Below, piece after piece: positions 1 to 12,577 of a stretch of DNA of 58,044 bases. A model generated the notes under the pieces. That model did no database searches and had not been told where the DNA came from. It saw nothing but the letters and a program-made list of their open reading frames with translations. Source of the stretch: Phoronis australis (taxonomy: Eukaryota; Animalia; Phoronida); contig NMRA01000744.1 of assembly GCA_002633005.1 (NCBI GenBank), positions 1-58,044 on the forward strand, given 5' to 3'. Every line of letters begins with the position of its first letter. Position 1 is the stretch's first letter. The position numbers and the translations under genes were made by a program.

Positions 1-809
1 ATAGCAAGTGATATGACGAAAGAGAGGGACAGATGGCTCCATTATACCTTGCCAGAGTGGGGTGTGAATTAATTTGTCCTGGAAAATCTGAGCAAATCGA
101 TTTTTTCGAAATATATATTGTTAGGAAAACGTTTTCACAGACGCTTAGGCAATCTATACGGCAAAATGCAAAAATACCCCTACCCCTAATAAATAACGTC
201 TTAGCTAGGGACCTCAAAGGGTAAATGCAACAATGTTCGTTGACAAATAGTCTCTTAAAGTTTCTCTCTTCTACATATTTCGACGTGTCTTTCTTTTTTC
301 GACTGCCTCCTGTCCCCTGTCATATGTCTATGGCGGTCGCCACGGCTTCATCTGGCACTTGCAAGGTACAGGGGCACGTGCTTCCCGCTAAGCCAGCACG
401 TTACAATATTAAAGCACCAAACATACCACTTAAAATTACTAAGTTTGTAAATGTCAACGATCCCGAGCGACGGAGTATATGGCTGCTGGTGAAATTAGGT
501 TACACAAATCTGTGCAAATGTTTTCAAGTAGTCAGTGAAGGTGATATTCGTCTCCACTCTTAACTTTGTTTATTTCTTTCCATTCACAAATTAAGCGATA
601 TTCCTTGCATCTTTTCAGCTTGGAGAAATGGGCACAGGCCCTTACGAGTGGCTGTTTTATAAAGTTCATGGAAATCATAACTTTTCAAAATAAAGTTTTT
701 CAATGCACAAAAAGACAGAAGAAAAGTAAATATAAATGTCGTTTTAAGTAGTTTTCATAAATGTTCATGCGCCCAGTTACAGTACGTACGCTTTCAATAT
801 AGAGTGGCT

Positions 810-832
810 TGTTACTTTTGGGCCACCCTGTA
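810..832. mobile_element. Right TIR of a Tc1/mariner-like element (TTACTTTTGGGCCACCCTG-TA)
   Basis: CACCCTG+TA terminus typical of Tc1/mariner MITEs; partner TIR not found in the window. Confidence 0.45.
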
Positions 833-1395
833 TAGCGACACCTTTCATTAATTTATAGGAACACACTTTCATTCTGAAGGTCAATTGTTTGAAAAAGGGA
901 CACGAGCAGAACTTGAAGTGAAAGAAAATGGCATAGATTCCATAAAACAACTAGGTTCAAAATAAGACGTCGTATACATTAAAAAGAACGTTGGCATCAG
1001 TAAATTATCAACGTTGCAAAAATGAGAAGTTTCGTGGACAATTATAAATATCCCTTTAAAGTAAAAAAGAAAAATGTTATCAGTATTAATTTTAAATGTC
1101 ATTATTTTCTTTGCTTTCTGTCACAAAGTTAAATTGGATACCTACCTGATTACACACGTTTGCTGTAGAACAGCTTGCAAGTTTGTACCACGATGCTTTG
1201 TTCTTTCAAAGAACTGGTAGCGCCAGACGTGTGTTCTGCCCAAGATGACATTTCGTCTATCTAAGATATCTAAAATGAAAAGTACAATGTTGTGAATTGC
1301 GTGACTCTTGCCAATTATGAGAGCTTCCACAAAAAATAGAGATTGAATGACTTACTAACTTCCTCATTCAATCCACAAATACAATAGCTACTTAC

Positions 1396-3175
1396 CCTGT
1401 AACATTCTCCTTCGTGTCTCCTGGGTCTTCTAACGTTGGTGTTAATTTCCTAATTGTGGAGTCGAGGAACCTTTTGTACTGAAACAGAGCACAGTGACAT
1501 GATCATTCATATATTAAAACTTTTTGTTGTACTTTATTCTATTTGTCCTTAAGGGTCGTCAATCGGAAAACCAAATAAAAATTGTTTTAAATTAAGATGT
1601 CACAACATGTAATCAGATAATTGTCAAGCTAGTGCCTAAATATTTTCGGCCTGAGAACACGCCCCCTGTTGATGGAGAAAACTGGTAGCTATTTTACTGC
1701 AGAGACTTGTTAAACACGCTCCTGTTATGAAACATAGATATTAAATATCTGTTGAGCGTTTACGTCAGTTTTACGACGGCGGTGAACATTTTATCGATCT
1801 TTTATTTGTACCGCTTCCCATCTTCAGATACTTGATGAAAACGAAACGAAATTAATGTTTTCCAAAGCATCCCTGATTGGAGACATGCTACTTGCTTGAA
1901 GTATTCCATCGATGCGCTCTCCGTTGGCGTTGCCATTGTCAGACGCGCTCGTGTTGTGGATGAAGGGTGTTGAAAACGACACCTGCAAATATATTATGAC
2001 ACATCGGTATACTTTACGACGACAGACATTTTATCGGCGAACTTTGGATCGTACTATAAATGAAATTTTAAAATACTCCGTCTCCGTGAAAAATAAAGTT
2101 AATGGTTGACTTACCAGAATGTTTGGAAAACGATCATTTACGTGAAACACTCCAGTCATGGATACCGTGATCCTTGACTTTGTGGTAACCTAGAACATAA
2201 ATGTCGCGATTATTTTATCCATCTTTTAGGTTCCAACTTTAACTAGACATCTAACCTAATCTTTACTCTACTTACTTCGTGCAAGAACTGTTCTCTCACT
2301 ATGCCGGCCGTTGGGGGTGGCAACTGTTGCCGCCGGCCAGCATTTTCAATGCCTGAAACCATGACAAAATGTAATCATGACGTCATCGCTTGTTTTGCTG
2401 TTTGCCTCACTATGTCACCAATGCTACGAGAACGCACGGGATTACAAATTTCCAGGAACGTTTTTCGCTCTCATAATAATGTTTCTTTTTCTTGGTTTTG
2501 TGTTTTGTATAGTTCCCTCTACCTTTAAACAAACGTTTCTGTAAACATTTTAATAAAATAAAGAGATGATTTGATATTTTATTTTACTACTAAGCAGTCG
2601 ATCGAAATGTCTTCGAGTCAGTTTAACTGTCCTTATCAGATATACACGCATAAAACTGTGTGCTCAAAGCCACTGGCAATTTCTTATGGCTAAATGAGCG
2701 TGTAACATCTCAGTTACGATAGACACATTTCTAGTCTCTGTGTGAAATACTTCCAATGTAAACGTGAACAGGTAACCAAACTTTTGACGCCTCCGGCAAC
2801 TGTTCGTGTTTTGTTGACTTGAAATAACTACAATTTCGCCGGCGGGAAGTTAGAACTGTGAATGAAAACCAAACCAAGCTGATCTCAATGATAATCTTTC
2901 TCTTGGGGGGAATGTTTTCAGTCATGAGAGTGGACTACGTTAGTGTTACAAACATTGGATTTTGTTAGCGGCGAACACCACCACCGCTCCCCCTCCCTCT
3001 GTGCTGGACTTCTAACTGTCAAAACCCGCAGGAGCCGAGTTATTCATCATCAATTTGTTTTCATTGTGAAGAGTGAAATAAGGAGTGTGAACACCTTGCC
3101 TGTGTACGTGTATAGTGAAGACGTACCTTGATTACGCTTACCTGAGTAGAGTTCAGTAGCTGTCTCGCGGTTAGA
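1396..3175 (-). CDS. Unidentified multi-exon gene or pseudogene, join(3142-3175,2276-2352,2115-2189,1896-1982,1396-1478), probably continuing at about 1146-1270
   Basis: Five small exons with good acceptors and donors (one GC donor, CAA|GCAAGT) splice into an uninterrupted ~118-aa frame SNRETATELYSGIENAGRRQQLPPPTAGIVREQFLHEVTTKSRITVSMTGVFHVNDRFPNILVSFSTPFIHNTSASDNGNANGERIDGILQYKRFLDSTIRKLTPTLEDPGDTKENVTG. Confidence 0.55.
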
Positions 3176-5597
3176 CTGAAAAATATAGCCAAAATCATCA
3201 GCTTTCATTTAAAATATACGGGAATATCTCTCTTAATCTCGTGAAGTCTTGCTGTATAGGCCTAGTGAGGTTCTAGCCTTATTGCATTCTACCCTGTTTC
3301 ATGAATGCCAACTGAGCATCTCAAGCACTAAAGGTCATGGTCGCAACCGTCTGCTCTCTTTTCTTCGTACATTTTGGCCAACTTAAACTTAACGTCAGTG
3401 ATATCAAGTTTTAAAATTACACTTCAAGTTTACTGTGCACTGTGGTGACAACTTGTGCAGGAAACCCCGGATTTGGCGGGGCTGTAGCTGGATAGGTGGC
3501 GGGGTTGTAGTTGGGTTTCCAAACTCTGGGTCGATACTTATACCAGGCCAAAACGAAAAACGCGACCCTTTTTCATACCAAGAGATAGAATTGTACCTCA
3601 TGTACAGCGCTCAAAATACACGATGACCTTGCCCGGGGCTAGTGGATTTTTCTGCCGGGCCAGTAAAATTTCAAAAACAGACCCTGTGTGGATGTGGTTT
3701 CAAGTAACTAGCCCGGCGAGCCACGTTTATTTGCTGAAGCTCAAACACTGCCCATATAATGAAAGAGGACATAAAGCATGACCTAGCTGCGGAGTGATTG
3801 CAGTTACTAGTGACAATTTTAATCGATTGAGTCATTTTCAAAAGTTGTAGCAATATCAAGAGATTTGAATTCAAAGTTTACAAACCCGCCAGTGGTTGCG
3901 TCTCGCCATGAAAGCTTATGTCACGTCCCCTGTTGGTGACTTGTCTGAATACCGTTGACTGCTAAAATTGGCGATGCTGTAAAACAATACGCTGCTATGA
4001 ATGGGTGCTACTTGGAAACACCTGACAAGTGCATTAATCAGATTTCACGGCGGCAAAAATTTCATCAAGCTCTTATTGTCATTTTGCAACGTGCCCATCT
4101 TTAAACCCGGTTTTCATATTAACCATTTCTTAGAAAGGGCACTGGCTGTCTGATTAGCATAGTAGATAAGCTACTTTCGTGCACCATTCCAATGATGGTT
4201 TCCCTTGAAATAGTTGTAACCACGAATCTTGAAGTCATTGTAATTCTAAAAGATTAAGTTAACATTGCTATTTTTGGTCTTTGGTCAAGTAAGAAGTGTT
4301 CGTAAACATTTCAACTTAGCGACTCTTAGTCCGTCTTCTGTCTCAAAGTTTTGGCTTGGACCATTTACCATTCTGTTATTGGTCTCAAATTGTTCCTTAG
4401 TCAAATAGGTGATTTCAAGGCCGCGAAAGAATTAACAGTCCGTTATTTTGTGAGCAAAGAACAAGTTGAAATCAATTTTGCATCGGTAATGGTCTAAATC
4501 AAAAGCTCGCTTTAGTTGTACATTTATAAGTTTATACTCCTAAGCTATTTAGCTTACCTGGAGCACGGACTGTTCATTCGTGATACTGGCTGTGCCTCAT
4601 CAGCTGACAATACGGATGGTCAAAAATTCAGGGGTGCTACTGCGTGGGGGTGAAGGCAGTCGTAAACTTTTAAACAAGGACTTGAAACCGCGATAAAACT
4701 GACGTATCCATGACGTCATCTCTTGTATTACTAAGTTACTCGGCTGTTGACTAGTAGCAGAATTAAATTGTGCAAGGGGGCGCCGTCCTACTTAGCACCA
4801 ACTAAGAGTTACCATTCAAGCTGGTATTCACCTTGACGTGTAAAGTATTTCAAATCATTGACATTTTTCAAATAAAACCCCTTCCGGCAATGAGCTGAAA
4901 TATTCGTAACCCATTCTTCAACCAGGCATTGATTTCACGTGTTGCAAATCACGATTTTACCTTTTTTAACAAATTGACATCCGATTGCAAAACTACTACT
5001 ACTGGGGCGAACATCGATCGCTTTCCTGCACAACGTCAAACTTAAATTGAGTTTAGTGGTAGTGAGTGAGCGTTGGAGGTGTGGTACTTCATGTTCAGTC
5101 CAGTGGGGGAACGTCGCCCCACCCACACTGTTTGCAACGCACAAGCACAACTCACTGGGAGCGCAGGCCCTCAATGTTACAGCAGTGAAACTGCTAACTT
5201 AATAACCTCACGTACAGTGTCTGATATAGCCAGGATGAGTGCCCTCTCGTGGTGGCCGGGCCCCTGGTCCTTCCGCGCACTCAGCCACGTGCACCATTAA
5301 CACTAACGGAGTCCAAGTGGCACTCGTCAACCCGTTCAGCCTGTTGAACACAGTTTTAGTAAATCCGCGTGACAGAAAATTCAATTCAGGGAATGAGGAG
5401 GGTTACAGTTGATTTGACTTCATCAGTTCCCTCGCGTCAAGTATGTGGGGCATCAAAATAAAAATAAACAGTATTTTCTGTAATAATGTCTTTTTGCGGT
5501 TGAGTGCGAACCCGTTCCTCGATCCCGTCTGAACATTCTGCCAGCCGGCCTTCTCAGATCCCTGCTAGGTCTCCCGCCAACAAGATGAGAGAGATTG

Positions 5598-5758
5598 CAG
5601 GGGCGGATCCAGGATTTTGAGTTAGGGGGGGGGCACGGCAGAGTATTAGCCAGGATTTTGCCCGTCAGACATTCGCAGCCCCCAACTGCCACATGGAGTC
5701 TGCGTGAATTTTAGGGGGGGCATGTGGCCCCCTTGGCCCCCCTCTAAATCCGCCACTG
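5598..5758. mobile_element. 161-bp MITE with CAG(G/T)GGCGGAT termini and 5-bp TSD GATTG (hAT-like)
   Basis: Ends CAGGGGCGGAT...ATCCGCCACTG; GATTG on both sides (5593-5597, 5759-5763); empty site with a single GATTG at 10096-10100. Confidence 0.9.
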
Positions 5759-7269
5759 GATTGGTAGGAACGTGACACTCCAATATGCCGGATTCAAGGG
5801 TATCATCTAGTCCACGAACAGGTTAATCCGGGGACCCGGACCCCCCTACCCCCAAAAGAAAAGAAAAGAAAAAAGGGGCGCCCGTTCGGCATGTCGTCTT
5901 CCGATACCACGTGGGACTGGCCATTTTTCTTCCGAACATTGCTAATGGTCTCCTTAAAGAACCACTAGTTTTGTGATGTAGATAATTGTTTTTGATTTTA
6001 TGATATGGGTTGGGTACCGTAGCCACTAGTGTAGATCCAAGTGGTCGCCCAGGTCAATGAAAACCATGGTAGTGGTCTAGGAACAAGTTTTCAGTATAGT
6101 TACCAAGTGGTATCAGATACCCATTTTCTCCACCGGTAGTGCCTACTACAAGTGTGCAGCGGCATACATGTACCTCTGCCAAAGTTCTAGGAAGCCGAGG
6201 GCAACGCGGGATCAGGCGGCGGTGACGACTGGGCAAGAGGGGCACTCTTTGCGGCAGCATCAATGTCTGTCCGATCAAAATGATTCAAACTTCCGAGGCA
6301 CCTCATCATATCTATCAGGGTTTGCCGTTGAGAAAGAAGTGAGCCCTAAGAAAATAGACATTAGTTTAAGAGGCTTCGGAGTCGTGCTGAAACTTTGAAA
6401 ACAAACTTGGCCTAGTACGCGGGACCCCAACCCGGCCGGTTTCAGTGGATTTAATAGTCTTAGACCGGCAAGCTACCTAGCTGCGAGGCCGGTACCGACT
6501 TAGCTATATTTTCACGAGGTGAGCCCCTGGGGAAAATTACGACCACCTTGTTTTAGAGAGTCAGAGGGAAAGAAACGATCTGTGTTGAGAGCCGATCAGT
6601 TTTATGAGAATCGTAGACTGCCTTCCATGTTTGCGCTGGCATATTCCATTTGCAAAGATTTAAATTTGAAATTGAATAATTAAAAACCACCAGTCTTCGT
6701 TTTTTGAAACATTAGTAAAAAACTTATGCCTGATCAATGATCGGCTCAAACCGGTCAGTATGTATACGGCCCGGCGAGAGCCCGGGCAAGTCGATAGTTG
6801 AAAATGAAAAGGTGAACACTTTTCCGGATTTTGAAAAGTACCGTCAGTAAGCAGAATTAAAAGTCTACGAAACGACCCAAAAGCGGCACGTTCCTCCTAT
6901 AGGCCAGTGCCGAGTATTCCCGGCAGGGACTCGGTGAAACCGCATTTGCCGCGGCCCAAACGGCTTGCAGGTGTAGCTAGAATTCTCATTATTGATATAG
7001 ACCTAGCCTATTTCTCTTTCACGGGCCAACCTCAGGGTCTGTATAGGCTAGACCCGAATTCTCATTTTTAGCGTTGCAAGTCACTTCCTTTTTCACATAT
7101 CGAGAAAATACAACCTATTACTCGTAATACGACCGTTTGAGCATCGCGTCCCCGGCGTTCAAGATCTAGCCGTCACCGTGAATAGCCCGGGGCCTACCCC
7201 TCCGCGTTGTGACTGCATGGCCTTCAGTCAGTTCGCCGGAGCCTGTCACTACTAGTGGACCACCCAATT

Positions 7270-7429
7270 CCTTCGATACGCCCGTGATTGTGTGAAGATG
7301 AAGCTAATGCATCGTGTTCCTTTGATCTCAGAACACATTGCTGCGAATATGAATTCGTGTTGGCAAACAATCAACACGTCAACCACTGGCGCTTTGTTGA
7401 ACTCAGTGTGAAACGGAGTTCAGCGAGTG
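7270..7429 (+). other. Candidate CoREST 5'UTR exon (second copy near 11540-11696)
   Basis: G|GTACGT donor at 7430; segment is well conserved between the two copies and follows a CpG-rich promoter-like stretch; there is an acceptor (caatag, 8179-8180) just before the ATG exon. Start is approximate. Confidence 0.4.
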
Positions 7430-8198
7430 GTACGTCACTCAGTTCGCGAACCACTACGTCAAATTGTATGGTGTCTCTCGATGGACAATGCAGTGGCAAG
7501 TAGTGCCACTGGCAAAATTGGTTTAAGTCTATGGCATTTTGGTTGAATTTATTCCGTTGAATGGATTGGTGAAAGACATGGTTTATTTTAGAATCGTTTA
7601 AGCGTTGCACGGTTCCAGTCATTCAGGGGTACTAGGGAAACGTACGAAAACACGTCTTCGGTATATATGGTGGCAAATGAGAACACGTTAACCTACTTTG
7701 GTAATAAACAAGTGTTATCTGGCACGTTTAAGACTTTAGAATATGTAACAAGAAAGTATTTTAGATAGAATATTCGAGCAAGGATACATTTGTCTGCTTT
7801 AGACATCGTCTCTATTGTTTATAAAAAAGAAAACGCTACGATATATTTGAAATAAAAATCGATTTAAAATACATGTACGTAGTTTTCTTTAATGGCGGAG
7901 AGATATTTACATAAGAATGTTTTAAGGTTTTTCGCACAATCCTACTCCAATTTTGCACACATTAAGATTATTAAAATGTATATGCGACTGTATTTCGTTG
8001 TAACTGAAAAATTTGTTCTTAATTTATTGTACTCTGAAAATTGATTAGGAACTATTTTTCTGAGCGCCTTAATACTGCAAACTGTTCTTCGCCTGTAGAG
8101 TCGTGGTCATTGTTCGGCAGCAGGGAAGTTCTGCTGTTTCTCAAGACTGCGCTTTAATTTTTGTTTTTCTTTGTCAATAGTATTTTAGAAACGTTAAC

Positions 8199-8310
8199 AT
8201 GGTCACAGTGAACAAGAATTCAGAGGATATTAGAAATGGTCGAAGATCTAGAGGAGCAAGTCCTTCGAACGGCTATTCTGACGACAGCAGCGCCTCCGAT
8301 CCCGAACCTG
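8199..8310 (+). CDS. RCOR1: CoREST coding exon 1, upstream duplicate copy ([37 protein letters not shown])
   Basis: ATG at 8199, donor G|GTAAGT at 8311; identical to 12466-12577 except one synonymous ACA/ACG change. Confidence 0.8.
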
Positions 8311-8405
8311 GTAAGTTTACCTGCAGTCCAAGAAATAGGAGTGTTAAAGTAAAGTGACTGCCTTCGATTCACAGTTCTGAGTATCCTGTTATTTTTGTTT
8401 TTCAG

Positions 8406-8462
8406 AGGGACAAATGCGAGTTGGTTCGGATTATCAAGCTGTAATTCCACCATTCAATCCAA
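8406..8462 (+). CDS. RCOR1: CoREST coding exon 2, upstream duplicate copy ([19 protein letters not shown], start of ELM2)
   Basis: ttcag acceptor, gtaagt donor, ELM2 signature MRVGxxYQAVxP. Confidence 0.8.
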
Positions 8463-9465
8463 GTAAGTTTGCTCGACTTCCAACAGATGGCGATTCAATG
8501 TCAAGCCATGACTTTGTTTCTGCCACTGAGTGGTTGTGTTGATCCCTCAGTGACAAGTGATCACAATGTTGATGTGGTTTTCACTGCATTAAGATCAATG
8601 ATTTTCTGTTTGGGAAAAAGCAATTGACCATTTTTACCAATAAGCCATCTTTCGTTGTTGTTTAATATGTTTATTAGTGTTTACTTGTTGTTTTTGTCAG
8701 GTGATATTGCAACCCTTTCTCAGTCTTGCACATAATCATGCCAATATTTTATGTGATATCAGGTATCAAAACTAATGCCAAGTGACTGCCAAGTGACCAA
8801 TATATAATACAGCTCTAAGGTGCCCCCCCCCCCNCCCCCCCCCCCGCTTTTACTAGGTGACAACTTTTGAAAGCAAATTTCTATTTGGCTCCATTTTCAA
8901 TAGGGATTGTCCTTGTTACATACCATTCTCCTGGACTCTTAAAGCAAAGAAATTTCCAACATCACGATCTGATCTGGTATCACATTAGATAAAAAACCTA
9001 TTGTGTTGGTACACAATACTGTGGTAGTTACAGGGTCAGAGCTTACATTCACACGAAGGAATCAGCAGTTAGATGTTATAACGTCTAATTTCTCCGAAAG
9101 TCAACTGTTTGTCTCCTTTCGAAGTTTTTTTGGTGATAGTATTTCATACAAAACACATCTTCTTCATGACATTTGTTGAACGTCATGTGGATATAGTATT
9201 TTTAAATATTGGATAGCGTCGGGCGCACTGTTTACATGAGTCATAATTACTGGGTTATGTGAGCTTATCAGATGAATGCAGACAATGATTGCTGACTTTT
9301 TCCCGGCCCTTGCTATCACTGTCACATTTCTTGTCTACTTTTAAAAATTTAAAAAACTAACCAAATGTAATTTAACAAACTGTTCAATTGTGCTATTTAA
9401 AACTTTCAAAACGAAAATGTAAACAATAATTTTATCACCCCAGTGTGTTTATGATGGATCTAATN

Positions 9466-9505
9466 CCTAAACCCCCCCCTTACTGAAAACGTAGATCCGC
9501 CCCTG
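9466..9505. mobile_element. Right end of a related CAGGGGCGGATC-type MITE, truncated at the N
   Basis: ...GATCCGCCCCTG is the reverse complement of CAGGGGCGGATC; absent at the equivalent position of copy 1. Confidence 0.65.
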
Positions 9506-12465
9506 TATCCGATTGCAAAACTACTACTACTGGGGCGAACATCGATTGCTGCAAAAAGTCAAACTTAAATTGAGTTTACTGGTAGTGAGTGAGCGTTGGA
9601 GGTGGTACTTCATGTTCAGTCCAGTGGGGGAACGTCGTCCCCACCCACACTGTTTGCAACTCACTGCGTGTTACAGCAGTGAAACAGCTAACTTATTAAC
9701 CACACGTACAGTGTCTGGTATAGCCATTGTGAGTGCCGTCTCGCGGTGGCCGGGCCCCTGGTCCTTCCGCACACTCAACCATGTGCGCCATTAACGGAGT
9801 CCAAGTGGCACTCGTCAACCCGTTCAGCTTGTTGAACATTTTAGTAAAAATACGCGTGACTGAAAATTCAATTCAGGGAATGAGGAGGGTTAAAGCTGGT
9901 TTGACTTCACCTATCAGTTCCCTCGCGTGAAGTATGTGGGGCATCAAAATATAAACATAAAAAATATTTTCTTCAATATGTTTTTTTGCAGTTCAGTGCG
10001 AACCCGTTCCTCGATCCCGTCTGAACATTCTGCCTTGCTCACCAGCCGGCCTTCTCAGATCCCTGAACTAGGTCTAGCGCCAACAAGAGGAGAGGGATTG
10101 GTAGCAACGTGACACTCCAATATGATTCAAGGGTATCATCTAGTCCACGAACAGGTTAATGGGACCGGACCCCCCTACCCCCAAAAGAAAAGAAAAAAGG
10201 GGCGCCCGTTCGGCATGTCGTCTTCCGATACCACGCGGGACTAGAACATTTTTCTTCTGAACATTGCTAATGGGCCCCTTAAAGAACCACCAGTTTTGTG
10301 ATGAAGATAATTGTTTTTGGTTTTATGATATGGGTTAGGTATCGTAGCCACTAGTGTAGATCTTTTCAGTATAGTTACCAAATGGTATCAGATACCCATT
10401 TTCTCCACCAGTAATGCCTACCAGTGTGCAGGGGCATACATGTACCTCTGACAAAGTTCTAGGAAGAGGGTAACGCGGGATCAGGCGCCGGTGACGACTG
10501 GGCAAGAGGGGCACTTTTTGCAGCAGCATCAATGTCTGTCCGATCAAAATGACTCAAACTTTCGAGGCACCTCATCATATTGATCGGGGTTTGCCGTAGA
10601 GAAAAAAGTGAGTCCTAAAATAGACATCAGTTTAAGAGACTTCGGAGTCGTGCTGAAAAACAAACTTGACCTATTGGACACCAACCCCGGCGGCCGGTTT
10701 GGATTTAATAGTCTTAGACCAGCAAGCCACCTAGCTGCGAGGCCGGTACCGACTTATATATTTACACGAGGTGAGCCGCTGGGGGAAATTACGATTCATC
10801 TTGTTTTAAAGAGTCAGTGGGAAAGAAACGATCTGTGTTGGGAGCCGCGAAGTTCTATAAGAATCTTAGACTGCCTTCGGAATGGCGCTATATATATATT
10901 CCATTTGCAAAGATTTAAATTTTAATGCCTATTAAAATTGAATAAAAACCACCAGTCTTCGTTTTTTTTTGAAACATAACAAACTTATGCCTGATCAATG
11001 ATCGGCTCAAACCGGTCAGTATTCCTACGGCCCGGCGAGCGCGGGCAAGTCGATAGTTGAAAATGAAAAGGTGAACACTTTTCCGCCGGGATTTTGAAAA
11101 GCGTTACCGTTAAGCAGAAAGTCTGTACGAAACAGTAACCCAAAAGCGGGCACGTTCCTCATAAGCCAGTGCCGAGTACTCCCGGCAGGGACTCAGTGAA
11201 ACCGCATTTGCCGCTGCCCAAACAGCTTGCAGGTGTAGCTAGAATTCTCATTATTGATATAGCTAGGCTTAGCTATTTCACTAGTTTGGCCAACTTGAAC
11301 CTCAGGGTCTATATATGTATATCTCATTTTTAGCGTTGCAAGTCACTTCCTTTTTCACATATCGAGAAAATACAACCTATTACACATAATACGACCGTTT
11401 GAGAATCGCGTCCCGGCCGGCGTTCAAGGTCTAGCCGTCACCGTGACTCGGCCCGATACCCCGGGGCCTCCGCGTTGTGACTGGCCTTCAGTCAGTTCGA
11501 GCCTGCCACTACTAGTGGACCACCCAATTCATTGTTTCGATACGCCCGGCGTGATTGTGTGAAGATGAAGCTAATGCATCGTGTTCCTTTGATCTCAGAA
11601 CAAATTGCTGCGAATACGAATTCGTGTTGGCAAACAATCAACACGTCAACCACTGGCGCTTTGTTGAACTCAGTGTGAAACGGAGTTCAGCGAGTGGTAC
11701 GTCACTCAGTTCGCGAACCACTACGTCAAACTGTATGGTGTCTTTCGATGGACAATGCAGTGGCAAGTAGTACCAATGGCAAAATTGGTTTAAGTCTGTT
11801 GCATTTTGGTTGAGTTTATGCCGTTGAATGGATTGCTGAAAGAAATGGTTTATTTTAGAATCGTTTAAAGGTTGCACCTTTCCAGTCATTCAGGGGTATA
11901 AGGGAAACGTACGAAAACACGTCTTCGGTACATATGGTGGCAAACAAGAACACGTTAACCTACTTGGGTAATAAACAAGTGTTATCTGGCACGTTTAAGA
12001 CTTTAGAATATGTAACAAGAAAGTATTTTAGATAGAATATCCCAGTAAGGATTCATTTGTCTGCTTGAGACATCGTCTCTATTGTTCATCAAAAAGAAAA
12101 CGCTACGATATATTTGAAATATAAATCGATTTAAAGTACATGTACGTAGTTTTCTTAAATGGCGGAGGGATATTTACATAAGAATGTTTTAAGGTTTTTC
12201 GCACAATCCTATTCCAATTTTGCACACATTAAGATTATTAAAATCTATATGCGACCGTATATCGTTGTAACTGAAAAATTTGTACTTAATTTATTGTACT
12301 CGGAAAATTGATTAAGAACTATTTTTCTTATCGCCTTAATACTGCAAACTGTTCTTCGCCTGTAGAGTCGCGGTCATTGTTCGGCAGCAGGGAAGTTCTG
12401 CTGTTTCTCAAGACTGCGCTTTAATTTTTGTTTTTCTTGGTCAATAGTATTTTAGAAACGTTAAC

Positions 12466-12577
12466 ATGGTCACGGTGAACAAGAATTCAGAGGATATTAG
12501 AAATGGTCGAAGATCTAGAGGAGCAAGTCCTTCGAACGGCTATTCTGACGACAGCAGCGCCTCCGATCCCGAACCTG
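12466..12577 (+). CDS. RCOR1: CoREST coding exon 1
   Basis: aacATGG start; gtaagt donor, phase 1. Confidence 0.85.

Larger units (their letters stand above)
4979..9464. repeat. Copy 1 of a ~4.3 kb direct duplication (CoREST promoter plus exons 1-2)
   Basis: Colinear with 9507-13690, with scattered SNPs and indels; ends at the N at 9465. Confidence 0.95.

Noticed and set aside
6054-6398. ORFs shared by both duplicate copies (also 7288-7622, 8220-8453 and their counterparts)
   Set aside because: Similarity reflects the recent duplication or allelism; ORF ends differ between copies or are antisense to real exons. A first exon of the left-hand gene near 6174-6310 cannot be excluded but is unsupported.
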